A DNA stretch of 64,000 nucleotides from Acidobacteriota bacterium (GCA_965209055.1 OZ242374.1:2944001-3008000); one strand, 5' to 3'; shown: positions 48,396 through 60,379, counted from the stretch's first letter. Notes: generated by a model from the sequence alone, not told the origin. Program-made: numbers and translations.

Positions 48396-51300
48396 TCAGT
48401 CCTCCAGCATGTCTCCGGCCTGGATGTAGGCGATGAGGTCCGCCATCTCCTGCAGGTCGATGTTCTCTTCCAGGCCCTCAGGCATGAGGGAGACCCGGGA
48501 CGCGCGGATTTCGGCGATGCGGGCCCTGAGAATCGTCTCCTCCTCCCCGGGACCGCTGCGCAGGGTCAGGCTGCCGGGACCCTCCGCCGCCAGGACGCCG
48601 CCGTAGACCAGACCCTCGCGAGTGGTCACGATGTAGTTCTGGAACAGGCCCAGAATCTGGGCGTTGGGGTTCAGAATGGCCTGGAGCAACTCCTCCCGGG
48701 TGTGTCCCTGCACCCCGACGCGTAGATCCGGGCCCACCGCGTCCCCTTCCTGGGGTTGGTGACAACGCGCGCACTCCCGTTCGAAGATCTGCTCTCCCCG
48801 CGATGAGTCGGCAGCCAGGTCCAGAACCATTTGGTAGTGCCGAACCACGCGGTCCCTCTCGTCCGGCGTGTCGGGCCGGTACAAGTTCAGAGCCCGGTTC
48901 CGAATCGTTTCATCCGGATGCTGGGTGAGCAGGACCCGGTGGTCCTGCTCCAGGGCAGCCGTCTCCACGGTCCCCCGTTCCAGCGCGTCCAGCAGACGGG
49001 ACGCACGTCCGCGGTGGGCGATCAGGGAGTGAAGGGCAGGTCTCCGCTCCCGGGGAGAGAGGGTGCTCCAACGGGGGAGGATCAGGCCGGCAACCTCCAC
49101 GTCGTCGTATCCTCCCACGACCTTGAGAACCTCGGAACGCAGGGTGGAGTCGGAAACGGAATCCAGAAAGCGTCCGAAAATGGGACGCGCGTCCCGAAAT
49201 CGGACAGTTGCCAGGGTGCGGACCGCCCCCATCCGGTGTTGGAGCGGAAGGCCGGGGTCCAGGGCCTGACGGCGCGCCTGTGCCGTCAGCCTCGGCATCC
49301 GGAAATACCGGGCCACGCGGGCCGCCGCCGTTCGGAGACGTTCGGAATCACTTGCCAGGAGTTTACGGAACATGGCACGGGCGCCTGCCGGATCCAGACC
49401 GGCGGCCTTTCCCATTTCCAGACCTCGAGCCAATCCGTCGAGTCCGGCTCGCTGCCAGGCCTCGTTCTCCAGACCGGATGATCGGAAAACCAGTTCCAGG
49501 ATTCGCCTGATCTCCGCCGGCCGTCGACGGGCGCCGGCCACGGCCGCGAGTTCCTCCAGGAATTCTCCCCTCTGTTTCTGATTCTCTGCGCCGAAGAAGT
49601 CCAGCGTCAGGAGGTGCTCCAGAAGATCCGGCTCAGAACCGGCCTCCGAGCTCAGGATGGCCGCGCGAAGACCGGGCGTCAGGCTCTGGCGCAGAGCCAG
49701 ATGTGACAGGGCCCGGGTGGCGGCCTCGCCCTGGAACCGGCCGAGACTCAAGGCCAGTTGGAACCCGACCCGCGGCTCCTCTCCCGCCGCCATGCCGACG
49801 AGTCCCGGAAGCAGCTCGGGAAACTCCTCGGCCATCCGGACGGCATGTTCCCGGACCCCGGGACTCGAGTCCCGCAGGGCTGGGCCCAGGATTTCGGGAT
49901 CGAGGGCGCAGAGCCCTTCCAACGTGTTCAGCGCGTGCAGGCGGCCTTTGGCCGACTCCCCCCGGCGGACGACGTCCTTGAGCCCGGCGACAATCGACAT
50001 CTCCTGGCGCTGGACCAGAAGGCGCTGAGCCGTGAGTCGCCACCAGCGGTTGGGATGGGAGAGAAGCCGAACCAGGCTTTGGGGGTCCGTTCCCTTCAGG
50101 GCGGGTTTCCGGGGAGCCGGACCCGGCTCTCTTGCGGGGACGACCCGATAGATTCGGCCCCGGTCCGTTCCCGCATAGAAATCCAGATCCCGCTTGATGG
50201 GCTCCGGAATCGACTCGGGGTCCTCCACCAGCTTGCGGTAGATGTCCACGATGTAGAGATTTCCGTCCCAGCCGGTGGTGAACTGAACCGGCCGGAACCA
50301 GGGATCGGTGGAGGCCAGGAACTCCCGCTGCTGCTCCTCCGGCGCCCGGCTGGCCACGAAGCTGATGCCGCTCGGCGCCAGCAGATCCCGGTGAACCAGG
50401 TTCCCGGCGACTCCTCCGGTGAAGAGATTCCCCCGGTACGGCGGAGGAAGCCGGTCGCCCGAGTAGACGGTGCCTCCGGTGGCTCCGGTGAAGAAGCCTT
50501 GAACCTGCCGGGTGCGCCCCAGGCCCATCTCGTCGGAGCGCTCCTGTCTCACCCGGGTACGGAGTTCGCGCCACTTCTCGGGGGCCGTGCGGGAATAGAT
50601 GCGTCCGTCGTGGTCCGAGACGTCGCGGATGATGTCCCCGGGCGCCGCCAGATAGGGATTTCTCTCCAGGTAGCGGCGGGGCAGGAGCACGTGCAGGACG
50701 TGGGTCCCGGTGCGGGTGACGAAGCGATGGCCCCAGTCGTCGAAGGTCTGTCCGAATCGGGCCGCTCCCGAAGCCGATTCGAAGATGCCCCGGCCGGGGC
50801 GGAACCGGAAATCGGTTCCCAGGACCGAGACCGGGCCGGCCCCCGGCCGGTCCGGCGACCGGACGATTCCCGGGTGTCCGTCGTTGGAGACGTAGATCCA
50901 GTTGTCCAGGGAGTAGCGGAGGTTGCTGACCCGGCCCTGAGGCTGACCCACCTCGAAACCGGTAAACAGGACTCGCCGTTCATCCGCTCGGAGGTCGCCG
51001 TCCGTGTCCTTGAAGAAGAGGATGTCCGGCGCCGCCGAGGCGATCACGCCTCCGTCCCACAAGGCCAACCCCTTGAGTTGGAGAATTCCGTCGGCGAAGA
51101 CCACCGAGTGGTCCACTCTCCCGTCGCCGTCCCGGTCCTCCAGGACCCGGATCCGGCTCCTGGGCGGTTCGCCCGGCGGCGGATCGTAGGGGTAGTCCAG
51201 CATCTCGGCGACAAAGGCCCGCCCTTCCTCGTCGAAGACCAGGTCGACCGGGTCCCGCACGTACGGTTCGGCGGCGAAGATCTCGACCCGCACGTCTCCG

Positions 51301-51410
51301 GGGTGCAGAAAACTGGCCAGCGACTCCTCCGGCGAGAGGGGACCGGTGTCAGCGCGCTCGCCGCAGCCGGAGAGCAGCAACAGGCCGGGCAGGAGACGGT
51401 GCCATCGCAT
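48396..51410 (-). CDS. PVC-type membrane-bound dehydrogenase-like lipoprotein with HEAT repeats and C-terminal cytochrome c
   Basis: lipobox LSGC; FAAEP, DRDGDG, WFRPV; CARCH; SLMPEGLE. Confidence 0.9.
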   Translation of the reverse strand: MRWHRLLPGLLLLSGCGERADTGPLSPEESLASFLHPGDVRVEIFAAEPYVRDPVDLVFDEEGRAFVAEMLDYPYDPPPGEPPRSRIRVLEDRDGDGRVDHSVVFADGILQLKGLALWDGGVIASAAPDILFFKDTDGDLRADERRVLFTGFEVGQPQGRVSNLRYSLDNWIYVSNDGHPGIVRSPDRPGAGPVSVLGTDFRFRPGRGIFESASGAARFGQTFDDWGHRFVTRTGTHVLHVLLPRRYLERNPYLAAPGDIIRDVSDHDGRIYSRTAPEKWRELRTRVRQERSDEMGLGRTRQVQGFFTGATGGTVYSGDRLPPPYRGNLFTGGVAGNLVHRDLLAPSGISFVASRAPEEQQREFLASTDPWFRPVQFTTGWDGNLYIVDIYRKLVEDPESIPEPIKRDLDFYAGTDRGRIYRVVPAREPGPAPRKPALKGTDPQSLVRLLSHPNRWWRLTAQRLLVQRQEMSIVAGLKDVVRRGESAKGRLHALNTLEGLCALDPEILGPALRDSSPGVREHAVRMAEEFPELLPGLVGMAAGEEPRVGFQLALSLGRFQGEAATRALSHLALRQSLTPGLRAAILSSEAGSEPDLLEHLLTLDFFGAENQKQRGEFLEELAAVAGARRRPAEIRRILELVFRSSGLENEAWQRAGLDGLARGLEMGKAAGLDPAGARAMFRKLLASDSERLRTAAARVARYFRMPRLTAQARRQALDPGLPLQHRMGAVRTLATVRFRDARPIFGRFLDSVSDSTLRSEVLKVVGGYDDVEVAGLILPRWSTLSPRERRPALHSLIAHRGRASRLLDALERGTVETAALEQDHRVLLTQHPDETIRNRALNLYRPDTPDERDRVVRHYQMVLDLAADSSRGEQIFERECARCHQPQEGDAVGPDLRVGVQGHTREELLQAILNPNAQILGLFQNYIVTTREGLVYGGVLAAEGPGSLTLRSGPGEEETILRARIAEIRASRVSLMPEGLEENIDLQEMADLIAYIQAGDMLED

Positions 51411-51508
51411 GGGCGCTGATTTTCTCCCGTGGGAGTCGGCTTCGGCAACAGACGGGCCGTCACGAAATTCCTGGGATGCCCGCTATTCGATTCTGATAGG
51501 GTGACCCC

Positions 51509-51955
51509 ATGGTCAGAAGCGCTGCCGCCACCGTTGAGGAATATCTGCTGGAGCTCTCCCCGGACCGCAGGGAGGGCATTCAGGCCGTGAGGCAGGTGTT
51601 CCTGGACAACCTGCCGCCGGGTTACGTCGAGACCATGAATTGGGGGATGATCACCTATGAGATCCCCTTGGACCGCTATCCCAAGACCTACAACAGCCAA
51701 CCCCTCATGTACGCCGCGCTGGCTTCGCAGAAGCGGCACATGGCTGTCTACCTGATGTGCGTCTACAGCCACGCCGAATCCAGGACCCGGTTTGTGGAGC
51801 GCTTCAAGGCGAGCGGGAAGAAGCTCGACATGGGAAAGTCGTGCGTCCGCTTCCGGAGGGTGGAAGACCTGCCGCTGGATCTCATCGCCGAGACCGTCGC
51901 CGGCACCTCGGTGGAGGACTACATCAAGTTCTACGAGGCGTCCCGCAAGCGGTAG
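51509..51955 (+). CDS. DUF1801-domain protein
   Basis: TVEEYL, WGMITYEIP, LASQK, LDMGKSCVRF. Confidence 0.85.
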   Translation: MVRSAAATVEEYLLELSPDRREGIQAVRQVFLDNLPPGYVETMNWGMITYEIPLDRYPKTYNSQPLMYAALASQKRHMAVYLMCVYSHAESRTRFVERFKASGKKLDMGKSCVRFRRVEDLPLDLIAETVAGTSVEDYIKFYEASRKR

Positions 51956-52068
51956 AAGGACGCTCCCTGCATTCCATCCGCTGAACCTCGGACGGCTCCG
52001 TTTGGCCGACTTTCTGCTATCCTAACAACCCTTGGGAAGGGGTCGTCGCGTCCTGGAGACCGGACGCC

Positions 52069-52240
52069 AGGAGCGGCGGTTGCCAAGCGCCGAACTCTGG
52101 AGCGAACGTGTGGAGCATGGAGGAGAGGGCGATTGGAAATCGCCCCTCCTTTTTCGAGGAATGGAGCGGCGGTTTCCAACCGCCGGATCCCCGTGGAGCA
52201 TGGAGGAATGGGCGGTTGGAAATCGCCCCTCCTTTTTCGT
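52069..52240. repeat. BIME-like tandem of two REP doublets upstream of ahcY
   Basis: unit GGAGCGGCGGTT(G/T)CCAA(G/C)CGCC...GTGGAGCATGGAGGA...GGGCG(A/G)TTGGAAATCGCCCCTCCTTTTTCG occurs twice. Confidence 0.85.
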
Positions 52241-52258
52241 AGAAGGGAAACCAGACTC

Positions 52259-53692
<1,434 letters not shown>

Positions 53693-53804
53693 GACCGACC
53701 CGCTGCTGCGGCTTCATTCCCAATGGCTTGTCGACCTTGATGTCAGGCATAGGTCTTGGCATTTCTTTGCCTCATATATTATGAGTCATATATACTAATA
53801 GGAT

Positions 53805-54050
53805 ATGACCAAAAGGATGCAGGTGTTGTTCGCCGATGATGAGTATGAAGAGATTCAGGCTGCGGCCCAACGGCAACGAATGACTGTCGCCGAGTGGGTC
53901 CGGCAGTCGCTTCGGAAAGCACGGTACGATCAAGCCCGTGACGTTGACCTCAAGTTAAGAGCCATCGCCGAAGCAGTGCGATACGAGCATCCCACTGCCG
54001 ACATCGATGTCATGCTTGAAGAGATCGACGCCGGGCGAGGTCTTGAGTGA
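53805..54050 (+). CDS. putative type II antitoxin (ribbon-helix-helix-like)
   Basis: 81 aa, MTKRMQVL..., overlaps the PIN gene by GTGA. Confidence 0.8.
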   Translation: MTKRMQVLFADDEYEEIQAAAQRQRMTVAEWVRQSLRKARYDQARDVDLKLRAIAEAVRYEHPTADIDVMLEEIDAGRGLE

Positions 54051-54442
54051 TCTTCATCGACTCGAATGTGCCCATGTATCTGGTCGGCGCTTCGCATCCA
54101 AACCGGGAACGCGCAATCGAGATCGTGACCAGGCTCGTCCGTGAGAGGGAGCGCCTGATTACGGACGTGGAGGTCTATCAGGAGATTCTTCACCGATACA
54201 CGGCGATCAATAGACACGATGCTATTGACGCCGCCTTCCGGACATTGGACGCTATTGCCGACGAGGTTCTCAGTTTCGGCCTGGCCGAGGTGAGGGCCGC
54301 CCGACGGCTGATCAGCCTTGTTCCAAGGGTTTCATCGCGGGATGCGTTGCACGTTGCAGTGATGCGTCAGGCTGGCGCCAGCCGCATCCTCAGCTTCGAT
54401 CGCGGTTTCGACTCCTGCCCCGGGATTGAGCGCTTATGTTGA
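54047..54442 (+). CDS. vapC: VapC-type PIN-domain toxin
   Basis: IFIDSNV, EVYQE, RDALH, SFDRGFD. Confidence 0.9.
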   Translation: MIFIDSNVPMYLVGASHPNRERAIEIVTRLVRERERLITDVEVYQEILHRYTAINRHDAIDAAFRTLDAIADEVLSFGLAEVRAARRLISLVPRVSSRDALHVAVMRQAGASRILSFDRGFDSCPGIERLC

Positions 54443-54480
54443 TTCTCAACGGCGACCGATACGGTTGAGAGCGCAGATTT

Positions 54481-55815
54481 TCAAATTAGTTCTGTCACCG
54501 GCTGCCCGGTTTCGTCGTCGATGGAGTTGGCGATCTTCACGGGGCGTCCGATGGGGCTCATGTATTCCTTGTGCCAGTCGATGCCGAAGGCCTTGTAGAG
54601 GGTTGCGAACAGGTCTCCGATGGTGACCCTTCGCTCCGCCACGTAGGCTCCCCGGTCGTCGCTGGCGCCCACCACCTTGCCCCCTTCGATTCCGCCGCCC
54701 CCCAGCAGCAGGGACCAGCAGTGGGGCCAGTGGTCTCGTCCCGCCTTGGAGTTGTGGTGGGGGCTGCGTCCGAACTCGCCCATGACGACGACGATGGTGG
54801 ACTCCAACAGGCCGCGCTGGTGGAGGTCCTCCAGCAGGACCGGCAGGGATTCGTCCAACTTTGCGGTCTGCTTGATGTTGCGGCTGTCGTTGTTCGAGTG
54901 GGTGTCCCAGCCGTTGAGATCGTGGCCGGCGGCGGTGATGAACCGGCTTCCCGACTCCACCAGGCGCCGGGCCAGAAGCAGGCTCTGTCCGAAGCTGGTC
55001 CGTCCGTAGGCGTCCCGGGTCTTTTCCGATTCCTGGCTCAGATCGAAGGCTTGCCGCACCTCCGGCGCCGTGATCATTTCCAGGGCCTGTTGGCTGAAAC
55101 GGTCCATCTTGACGTGCTCGGCGGTCCGGACCTTCTTCCGGTAGTAGCTGTCCACCAGGTTCAGAAAGGTCTGCCGTTCCTCCAAGTGTTCCCGGGTGAG
55201 GGTCTTGGGAAGGCTGAGATCGGGGACCTGGAAGTCCTTCTCATTGGGGTTCCCCACCAGCATGGGATCGAATTCGGGTCCCAGGTACTGCCCCTTCTGG
55301 TAGAGGTAGTGCTGTTTGCCCGCTTTGGCCGGGACCACGACGTTGGGCGGCACGTGGTTGATCCGTCCCAGTTCACGGCAGACGATGGACCCGACGCCGG
55401 GAAAGTCCATGGCCGGCGTGGGCCGGTGGCCGGTGAGGCCGTAGTAGACCGCCTTTTCGTGGTTGGGCTCCAGGGACTGCATGGAGCGGATGATGGAGAC
55501 CTTGTCCATGTGCCGGGCCAGGTTGGGAAGCAGTTCCGAGATCCGGATGCCGGGCACATTGGTGGATATGGACCGGAAGCTGCTGTTGGGCTTGGGGTCC
55601 CAGGTGTCCATCTGGGCGGGTCCCCCCTCCAGCCAGATCAGGATGCACGAGCTCGCCTTGGCCGAATCGATGTCCTTTCCCGCCTTGGCCATGAGGTGGG
55701 CGGCTTCCAGGTAACGGCTCAGGGACATCCCCAGGAGGCTCAGCGAACCCACTTTGAGGAAGGATCGCCTCGCCAGGACCTCCGGAGTCGGCAACAGGCA
55801 CCCGGTGTATTTCAT
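54481..55815 (-). CDS. DUF1501 protein with Tat signal
   Basis: RRSFLK, GGPAQMDTWDPKP, WDTH, GEFGRSP, GRDHWP. Confidence 0.92.
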   Translation of the reverse strand: MKYTGCLLPTPEVLARRSFLKVGSLSLLGMSLSRYLEAAHLMAKAGKDIDSAKASSCILIWLEGGPAQMDTWDPKPNSSFRSISTNVPGIRISELLPNLARHMDKVSIIRSMQSLEPNHEKAVYYGLTGHRPTPAMDFPGVGSIVCRELGRINHVPPNVVVPAKAGKQHYLYQKGQYLGPEFDPMLVGNPNEKDFQVPDLSLPKTLTREHLEERQTFLNLVDSYYRKKVRTAEHVKMDRFSQQALEMITAPEVRQAFDLSQESEKTRDAYGRTSFGQSLLLARRLVESGSRFITAAGHDLNGWDTHSNNDSRNIKQTAKLDESLPVLLEDLHQRGLLESTIVVVMGEFGRSPHHNSKAGRDHWPHCWSLLLGGGGIEGGKVVGASDDRGAYVAERRVTIGDLFATLYKAFGIDWHKEYMSPIGRPVKIANSIDDETGQPVTELI

Positions 55816-55838
55816 TTCGCTTCCCTCAGTCCGTTCAC

Positions 55839-58376
55839 TCAGTGGTTGTGGGCGAATTCCCGCGAGGCCAGGAGCGCCCAGACCAGGTTCTTCAGACCCT
55901 CGCTTCGGGAGGAACTCCGCCGGACCAGTTGGGCCAGCCCGTCCCGCTCTTCCGGACGGGGATAGCGGGACAGGCCCGCGAGATAGAGCTCCTCGATGAT
56001 TTCCCCGTCGGACGCGCCCGCATCCAGCAGGCGCGCCAAGCGGCTCCCCTCACCGGCCAACCGCTCCGTGTAGGTTGATCCCACCAGGAGGTGGAGCGCC
56101 TGGTTGAGACTGGGCTCGACGGTCCGCTCCGGGACCTGCTGGCGATTGGTTCTCCCGTACATGTCCAGAAAGGCCGACGGGTAGAGGTCCGGCATGGTCA
56201 GCTCGATGGCCCGGGTGCCCGGGGGCGCCAGTCCCTTGTCGGTGGTCTCGAAGGTCTGGGCCACCGCCGTCACCGAGGTCATGGCGTCCAGGAGGACCTC
56301 GGCGTCCAGCGGCTGGGGCAGGGAGTGGGAGTAGTTGATTCGGTCCCCTTCCGAGCCGGGATGGGGCGTGGAGGAGAGCTGGTAGGTCTCCGACAGGACC
56401 ATTCGCCGGAGCAGTCGCTTCAGGTCGTATCCCTGCTCCCGGAAATCACGGGCCAACGCCTTCAGGAGGCGCGGATGCGTCGGAGGGTTGGACGATCGGA
56501 AGTCGTCCACCGGTTCCACCAGTCCTCGCCCGAAGAGTTGGCCCCAGAACCGGTTGACCGCGGCCTCGGCGAACCAGGGGTGATTGGTCACCCAGCGGGC
56601 GAAGGTCTGGCGGGGGCTGGTGTGGGTGTGAGCCGGCACCGGTGAACCGTCGGGCAAAGCCGGATCCGCTTCCTGGCCCGTCCGTGGATGGATGGTCTTC
56701 TTGCTGTCGGGACCGGCTCCGAAATCCGGATCGGGCCCTTCCGGGTCGTCGTAGATCAGGGCGGTGCCGAAGCCGGCCCACTCGGACCGCGTGACCCGCT
56801 TGAAGAAGGCGGCCAAACCCCAGAATTCGTCCTGACTCCACGACTCGTAGGGATGGTTGTGGCACTGGGCGCAGTCCAGGCGCCGTCCCAGGAAGACCCG
56901 GAACTGTTCGGCCATGGAGTTCTCGGCCCGGGAGATGACACCGTTTTGCAGGAAATGGCGCGAGGCGCCGTCGTAGCCCTGAGCCGTGATCCGTTCCCGG
57001 GCCATTCGGTCATAGGGCTTGTTGGCCGCCACCGAGTCCCGGACCCATTGCCAGTAGACGTGGCCGTGCTCGGCCATTCCGGTGGAGATGTGACCGACTC
57101 GGAACAGGTCGGCCAGCCGGAAGGTCCAATAATCGGTGAACTCCAACGACTCCAGAAGGACGTCCACCAACTTCTCCCGCTTGTCCGGGTCCCGGCTGTT
57201 CAGAAACTCCCGGACCCGATGGGGAGGGGGCAAGGTTCCGGTCAGATCCAGGCAAATGCGCCGGATAAACTCGGAGTCGGTGGAGCGGCGCGCCGGCCGG
57301 AGGTGGAACTTCCGCAGTTTGGCCAGGATGTAGTCGTCGATGTAGTTGCGCGGGACGTAGGAGGCAGAGTCGGTCACGGCATCGGCGATGACGCCGATCC
57401 GGGCACTCACCACGTGACCCGGAGCCCGCACCAGGATAGTGGTTTCCCCCGCGTTGACGGCCCGAACCGTTCCTTCGGAATCCACCTTCACGGTCTCCAG
57501 GTTCGAGGATTCATAGCGGACCTGGTCCGTCACGTCTTCACGGGTGCCGTCCGGAAGATCCGCTAACACCAGCAACCCGTGGCGGCCTCCGGATTCCAGG
57601 ACCACTTCCGAAGGGAGGACCTCCAATCGACGGATCTTCCGCGCCGCCTCGGCCGTTTCGTCGCCGTAGCGGGCGCCCTGCCGGATCCAGTCCAGCAGCG
57701 TCCCGTAGTCCGTGGAGTCCGCGGTCATGCGTTCCCCGCCGCCGTGGGGGACCTGGAGCGACGGTTTCTGCAACAGGAGGCTCCGGTCCGGGGCACTCAT
57801 GTCCACCCGGGGCTCAATGGCGCCGCCCGCCTCCATGCTCATGACCTGATAGTCTCCGCCCTGGACGATCCACCGGTAGTCCTCGCGGGGATGAAGGGCG
57901 TCGATGGAGAGCTTGAATCCGGCTCGGCCCTTGACTCCGCCGTGGCAGTCGCTGGAATTGCATCCTCGTTTGGTGAGGATGGTTCCGATGTCCCGGGAGA
58001 AGCTGAAGGGTCTTTCCACCCCGTCATTGGAGACACGAACGGGAACCTGGCCAGTCAGGCCGCCCAGGTGAGCCCTTAGGGTCGTCTCTCCATCCGTCAG
58101 GGAAGTCACTCGTCCCGCCGGGTCCACCTGGGCAATTCCGCCTGAAGCCAGGGAGAATCGGCTCTGGGAGGTGACGTCCCGCTCCAGACCGTCGGCTCCC
58201 CGTCCCAGGACCAGGACGCGTTGAGTCGCTCCGGGACCTGAGAGAACCACCTCTTCCGGCAACAGACGCAGCGACAGGAAGGTCGATGAGCCGGCCGCCG
58301 CCGGCGTCGAAGCGCCCACGAGAACGACCGCCGTCACGCAGGAGCACAGAATTCGGACCACGCTCGGAGATTTCAT
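55839..58376 (-). CDS. DUF1549/DUF1553 protein with Ig-like (Big_2) domains
   Basis: GCNSSDCHG, RRICLDLTGTLP, CAQCHNHP, VNRFW..FGRGLVEPVDD. Confidence 0.92.
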   Translation of the reverse strand: MKSPSVVRILCSCVTAVVLVGASTPAAAGSSTFLSLRLLPEEVVLSGPGATQRVLVLGRGADGLERDVTSQSRFSLASGGIAQVDPAGRVTSLTDGETTLRAHLGGLTGQVPVRVSNDGVERPFSFSRDIGTILTKRGCNSSDCHGGVKGRAGFKLSIDALHPREDYRWIVQGGDYQVMSMEAGGAIEPRVDMSAPDRSLLLQKPSLQVPHGGGERMTADSTDYGTLLDWIRQGARYGDETAEAARKIRRLEVLPSEVVLESGGRHGLLVLADLPDGTREDVTDQVRYESSNLETVKVDSEGTVRAVNAGETTILVRAPGHVVSARIGVIADAVTDSASYVPRNYIDDYILAKLRKFHLRPARRSTDSEFIRRICLDLTGTLPPPHRVREFLNSRDPDKREKLVDVLLESLEFTDYWTFRLADLFRVGHISTGMAEHGHVYWQWVRDSVAANKPYDRMARERITAQGYDGASRHFLQNGVISRAENSMAEQFRVFLGRRLDCAQCHNHPYESWSQDEFWGLAAFFKRVTRSEWAGFGTALIYDDPEGPDPDFGAGPDSKKTIHPRTGQEADPALPDGSPVPAHTHTSPRQTFARWVTNHPWFAEAAVNRFWGQLFGRGLVEPVDDFRSSNPPTHPRLLKALARDFREQGYDLKRLLRRMVLSETYQLSSTPHPGSEGDRINYSHSLPQPLDAEVLLDAMTSVTAVAQTFETTDKGLAPPGTRAIELTMPDLYPSAFLDMYGRTNRQQVPERTVEPSLNQALHLLVGSTYTERLAGEGSRLARLLDAGASDGEIIEELYLAGLSRYPRPEERDGLAQLVRRSSSRSEGLKNLVWALLASREFAHNH

Positions 58377-60379
58377 GGCGCCAATGCCACCTCCTGCTGG
58401 CCGGTGCCGGTTTCCGCGATCTCAGGAGAATCCAGGATCAGTAGGGGAATCCTGCCCGCCATGAGCGGGGGGCCGGTCCGGTTCGCCGACATGGGCCGGG
58501 CCCGAATCCTCAGGAACCGGGGCAGGGGAGTGGGTTGAACCTGGGGGTCTGCTTGCAAAACCAACGTGACCGCCTTCCGCTTGGGACGATGGCTCTTGGG
58601 GTCGACGATGTGTTCGCCCGGCGGCCGGTATTGGATTCCCTGAACCAACAGCCCGCTCCAACTGGCGGGAGTGGAGGCCTGGACCCGCATACCGGCGGGA
58701 AGGCCGTCGACTTCCACCAGGACCTCTCCGTCGAATCCTTCCTCCAGATCAGCCACCAGTGTCAGGCGCCTGGATTCCCCCGGCTTCAGGTTGAGGCGGT
58801 CCGTCATTTCGATAAGTTGGGAGGACACCGAGAAGACGCCTAACGACACCTCCATTCGACCCAGATGAGGAACCTGCGGCCGGATCAGAACCCGGTATTG
58901 GTATTCGTCTCCCCAGGCATGGTCGGTCACGTCCCGGACCAGCAGCCAGTAATCCCCTTCCTTGTCAAAGGTGTGCAGTGTCTTCCGCTCGATGGTCTTG
59001 TTGGGGTCGATGCCGTTGCCCCCGTATTCCCGGTAGATGTTGTGGGTCACCACCTCCCCCTTGGCGTCCAGCACCTTGAGCCAGGGGCTGAAGTGGGGGG
59101 GAGCGAGCCGGGGCGTCTCGACCTCTATTGCCACGGATTGACCCGCGCCGACCCGGAATCGGAAACGGTCCACGTCGCCGGGAAAGTCGATGCGCCCTTC
59201 GGCGAAGCTGGGAAGGGGCAGCTCCTGGGCGGCCTCCGCCGAGTCGTTGGGTTCTTGGTCCCGAGTGGAGGCCATGGTGGGGGAGGCATCGCTTCCGGAC
59301 GAGGAGGCGGTCACCGAACGGGTTTTCAATTCGGCCAGCCGATCGTCCCCGAGTCTCCGGTAAAAGCTTCCGAACTGACGCAGGGTCGTGGAGTCCCTTT
59401 CCAGCCAGTCGGCCGGGTCGGCGTGGGCCGGCTGGCCGAAGGCCCCGATCACACGGCGCGAGACAGTCTCGTTCCGGGCCGGTCCGACCCGCAACTGATA
59501 ACTGTTGTCCGAACTCCGGCCCAGAAACGTGCCCACGGAAAGCAGATAACGTCCAGCCTTCTCGAAACGATGCTCCAACAGAGGGTAGAGGACGAACTGG
59601 GCCACGAAGTCACGCCGGTCGAACGAGGTGCTCCGAACCCGGATCGGTTCCCAGGAAAGCCGAGGGCCTTTCAGGACCAGAGGACGAGCCCGATCGGTCC
59701 CGAACCAGCTCTGATGAGGTTCGTAGAGCCGGATCTCGGTCTGGGCCCAATAACTGACGCCCAGCTCGAAGCCGGACAACACCTGGAAGGCCAGCGTCTC
59801 GCCTGCTTCCACCTCGAAGGAGTAGTAATCCAGTTCTCCCTTCTTTTCGATGGTGCCGTTGACGACGGCCGGGAGGCTGATTTCCTGAGCTTGGGAAGGT
59901 CGCTGGTGAGGCGATTCGACTTCATCCTGGAGTTTCTGATTCACCAGGTGGAGGCTCAGGGAGTTGGAGACGCCGGTGGGACCCACGAGCCGGAAGTGGT
60001 GAAGTCCGGGACGAGTTTCGGACGAGGTCGCCACTTCGAGCACGGCCAGGAACTCCGGTTCTTTCGCGTCCTGGCCCAGGAGTTTCAACGCCCTCCTCCT
60101 GTAGTATTCGTCCTCGTCGTTTGCCTCGTTCTCCGTGACCTCGCTCACGGTAAGGAGACGGGCGCGCACGTCGTCACACTCAAACCAGACGGCGTGAGTC
60201 CCCTGCAGGCGTTTCCCGCGCACCTGGATTTTGAACGGAGATCCGATGAGCCCGCCGATTGGATGGTGCGAACGCATCTCAGGGTCCCGGGGCTGGGGCT
60301 TGTCATTGGCGTGGACGCCTTGAGGGCTCCACAAGGCGAAGCATAGAACGGCGCAAGCTGGAAGAAGTTTCCGTTTCAT
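58373..60379 (-). CDS. exported PPC (pre-peptidase C-terminal)-domain protein
   Basis: signal peptide; GVSN, VVNGTI..GELDYY, EPND, GRIDFPGDVDRF; usual partner of DUF1553/DUF1501. Confidence 0.78.
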   Translation of the reverse strand: MKRKLLPACAVLCFALWSPQGVHANDKPQPRDPEMRSHHPIGGLIGSPFKIQVRGKRLQGTHAVWFECDDVRARLLTVSEVTENEANDEDEYYRRRALKLLGQDAKEPEFLAVLEVATSSETRPGLHHFRLVGPTGVSNSLSLHLVNQKLQDEVESPHQRPSQAQEISLPAVVNGTIEKKGELDYYSFEVEAGETLAFQVLSGFELGVSYWAQTEIRLYEPHQSWFGTDRARPLVLKGPRLSWEPIRVRSTSFDRRDFVAQFVLYPLLEHRFEKAGRYLLSVGTFLGRSSDNSYQLRVGPARNETVSRRVIGAFGQPAHADPADWLERDSTTLRQFGSFYRRLGDDRLAELKTRSVTASSSGSDASPTMASTRDQEPNDSAEAAQELPLPSFAEGRIDFPGDVDRFRFRVGAGQSVAIEVETPRLAPPHFSPWLKVLDAKGEVVTHNIYREYGGNGIDPNKTIERKTLHTFDKEGDYWLLVRDVTDHAWGDEYQYRVLIRPQVPHLGRMEVSLGVFSVSSQLIEMTDRLNLKPGESRRLTLVADLEEGFDGEVLVEVDGLPAGMRVQASTPASWSGLLVQGIQYRPPGEHIVDPKSHRPKRKAVTLVLQADPQVQPTPLPRFLRIRARPMSANRTGPPLMAGRIPLLILDSPEIAETGTGQQEVALAP

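Noticed and set aside
52030-52072. Possible SAH riboswitch (AGGGGTCGTCGCGTCC...GGACGCCAGG) upstream of ahcY
   Set aside because: Only a loose resemblance; closing-stem and pseudoknot partners not found; needs a covariance-model search
52069-52240. Mini CRISPR array
   Set aside because: Units alternate in orientation, the spacers resemble each other, and there are no cas genes
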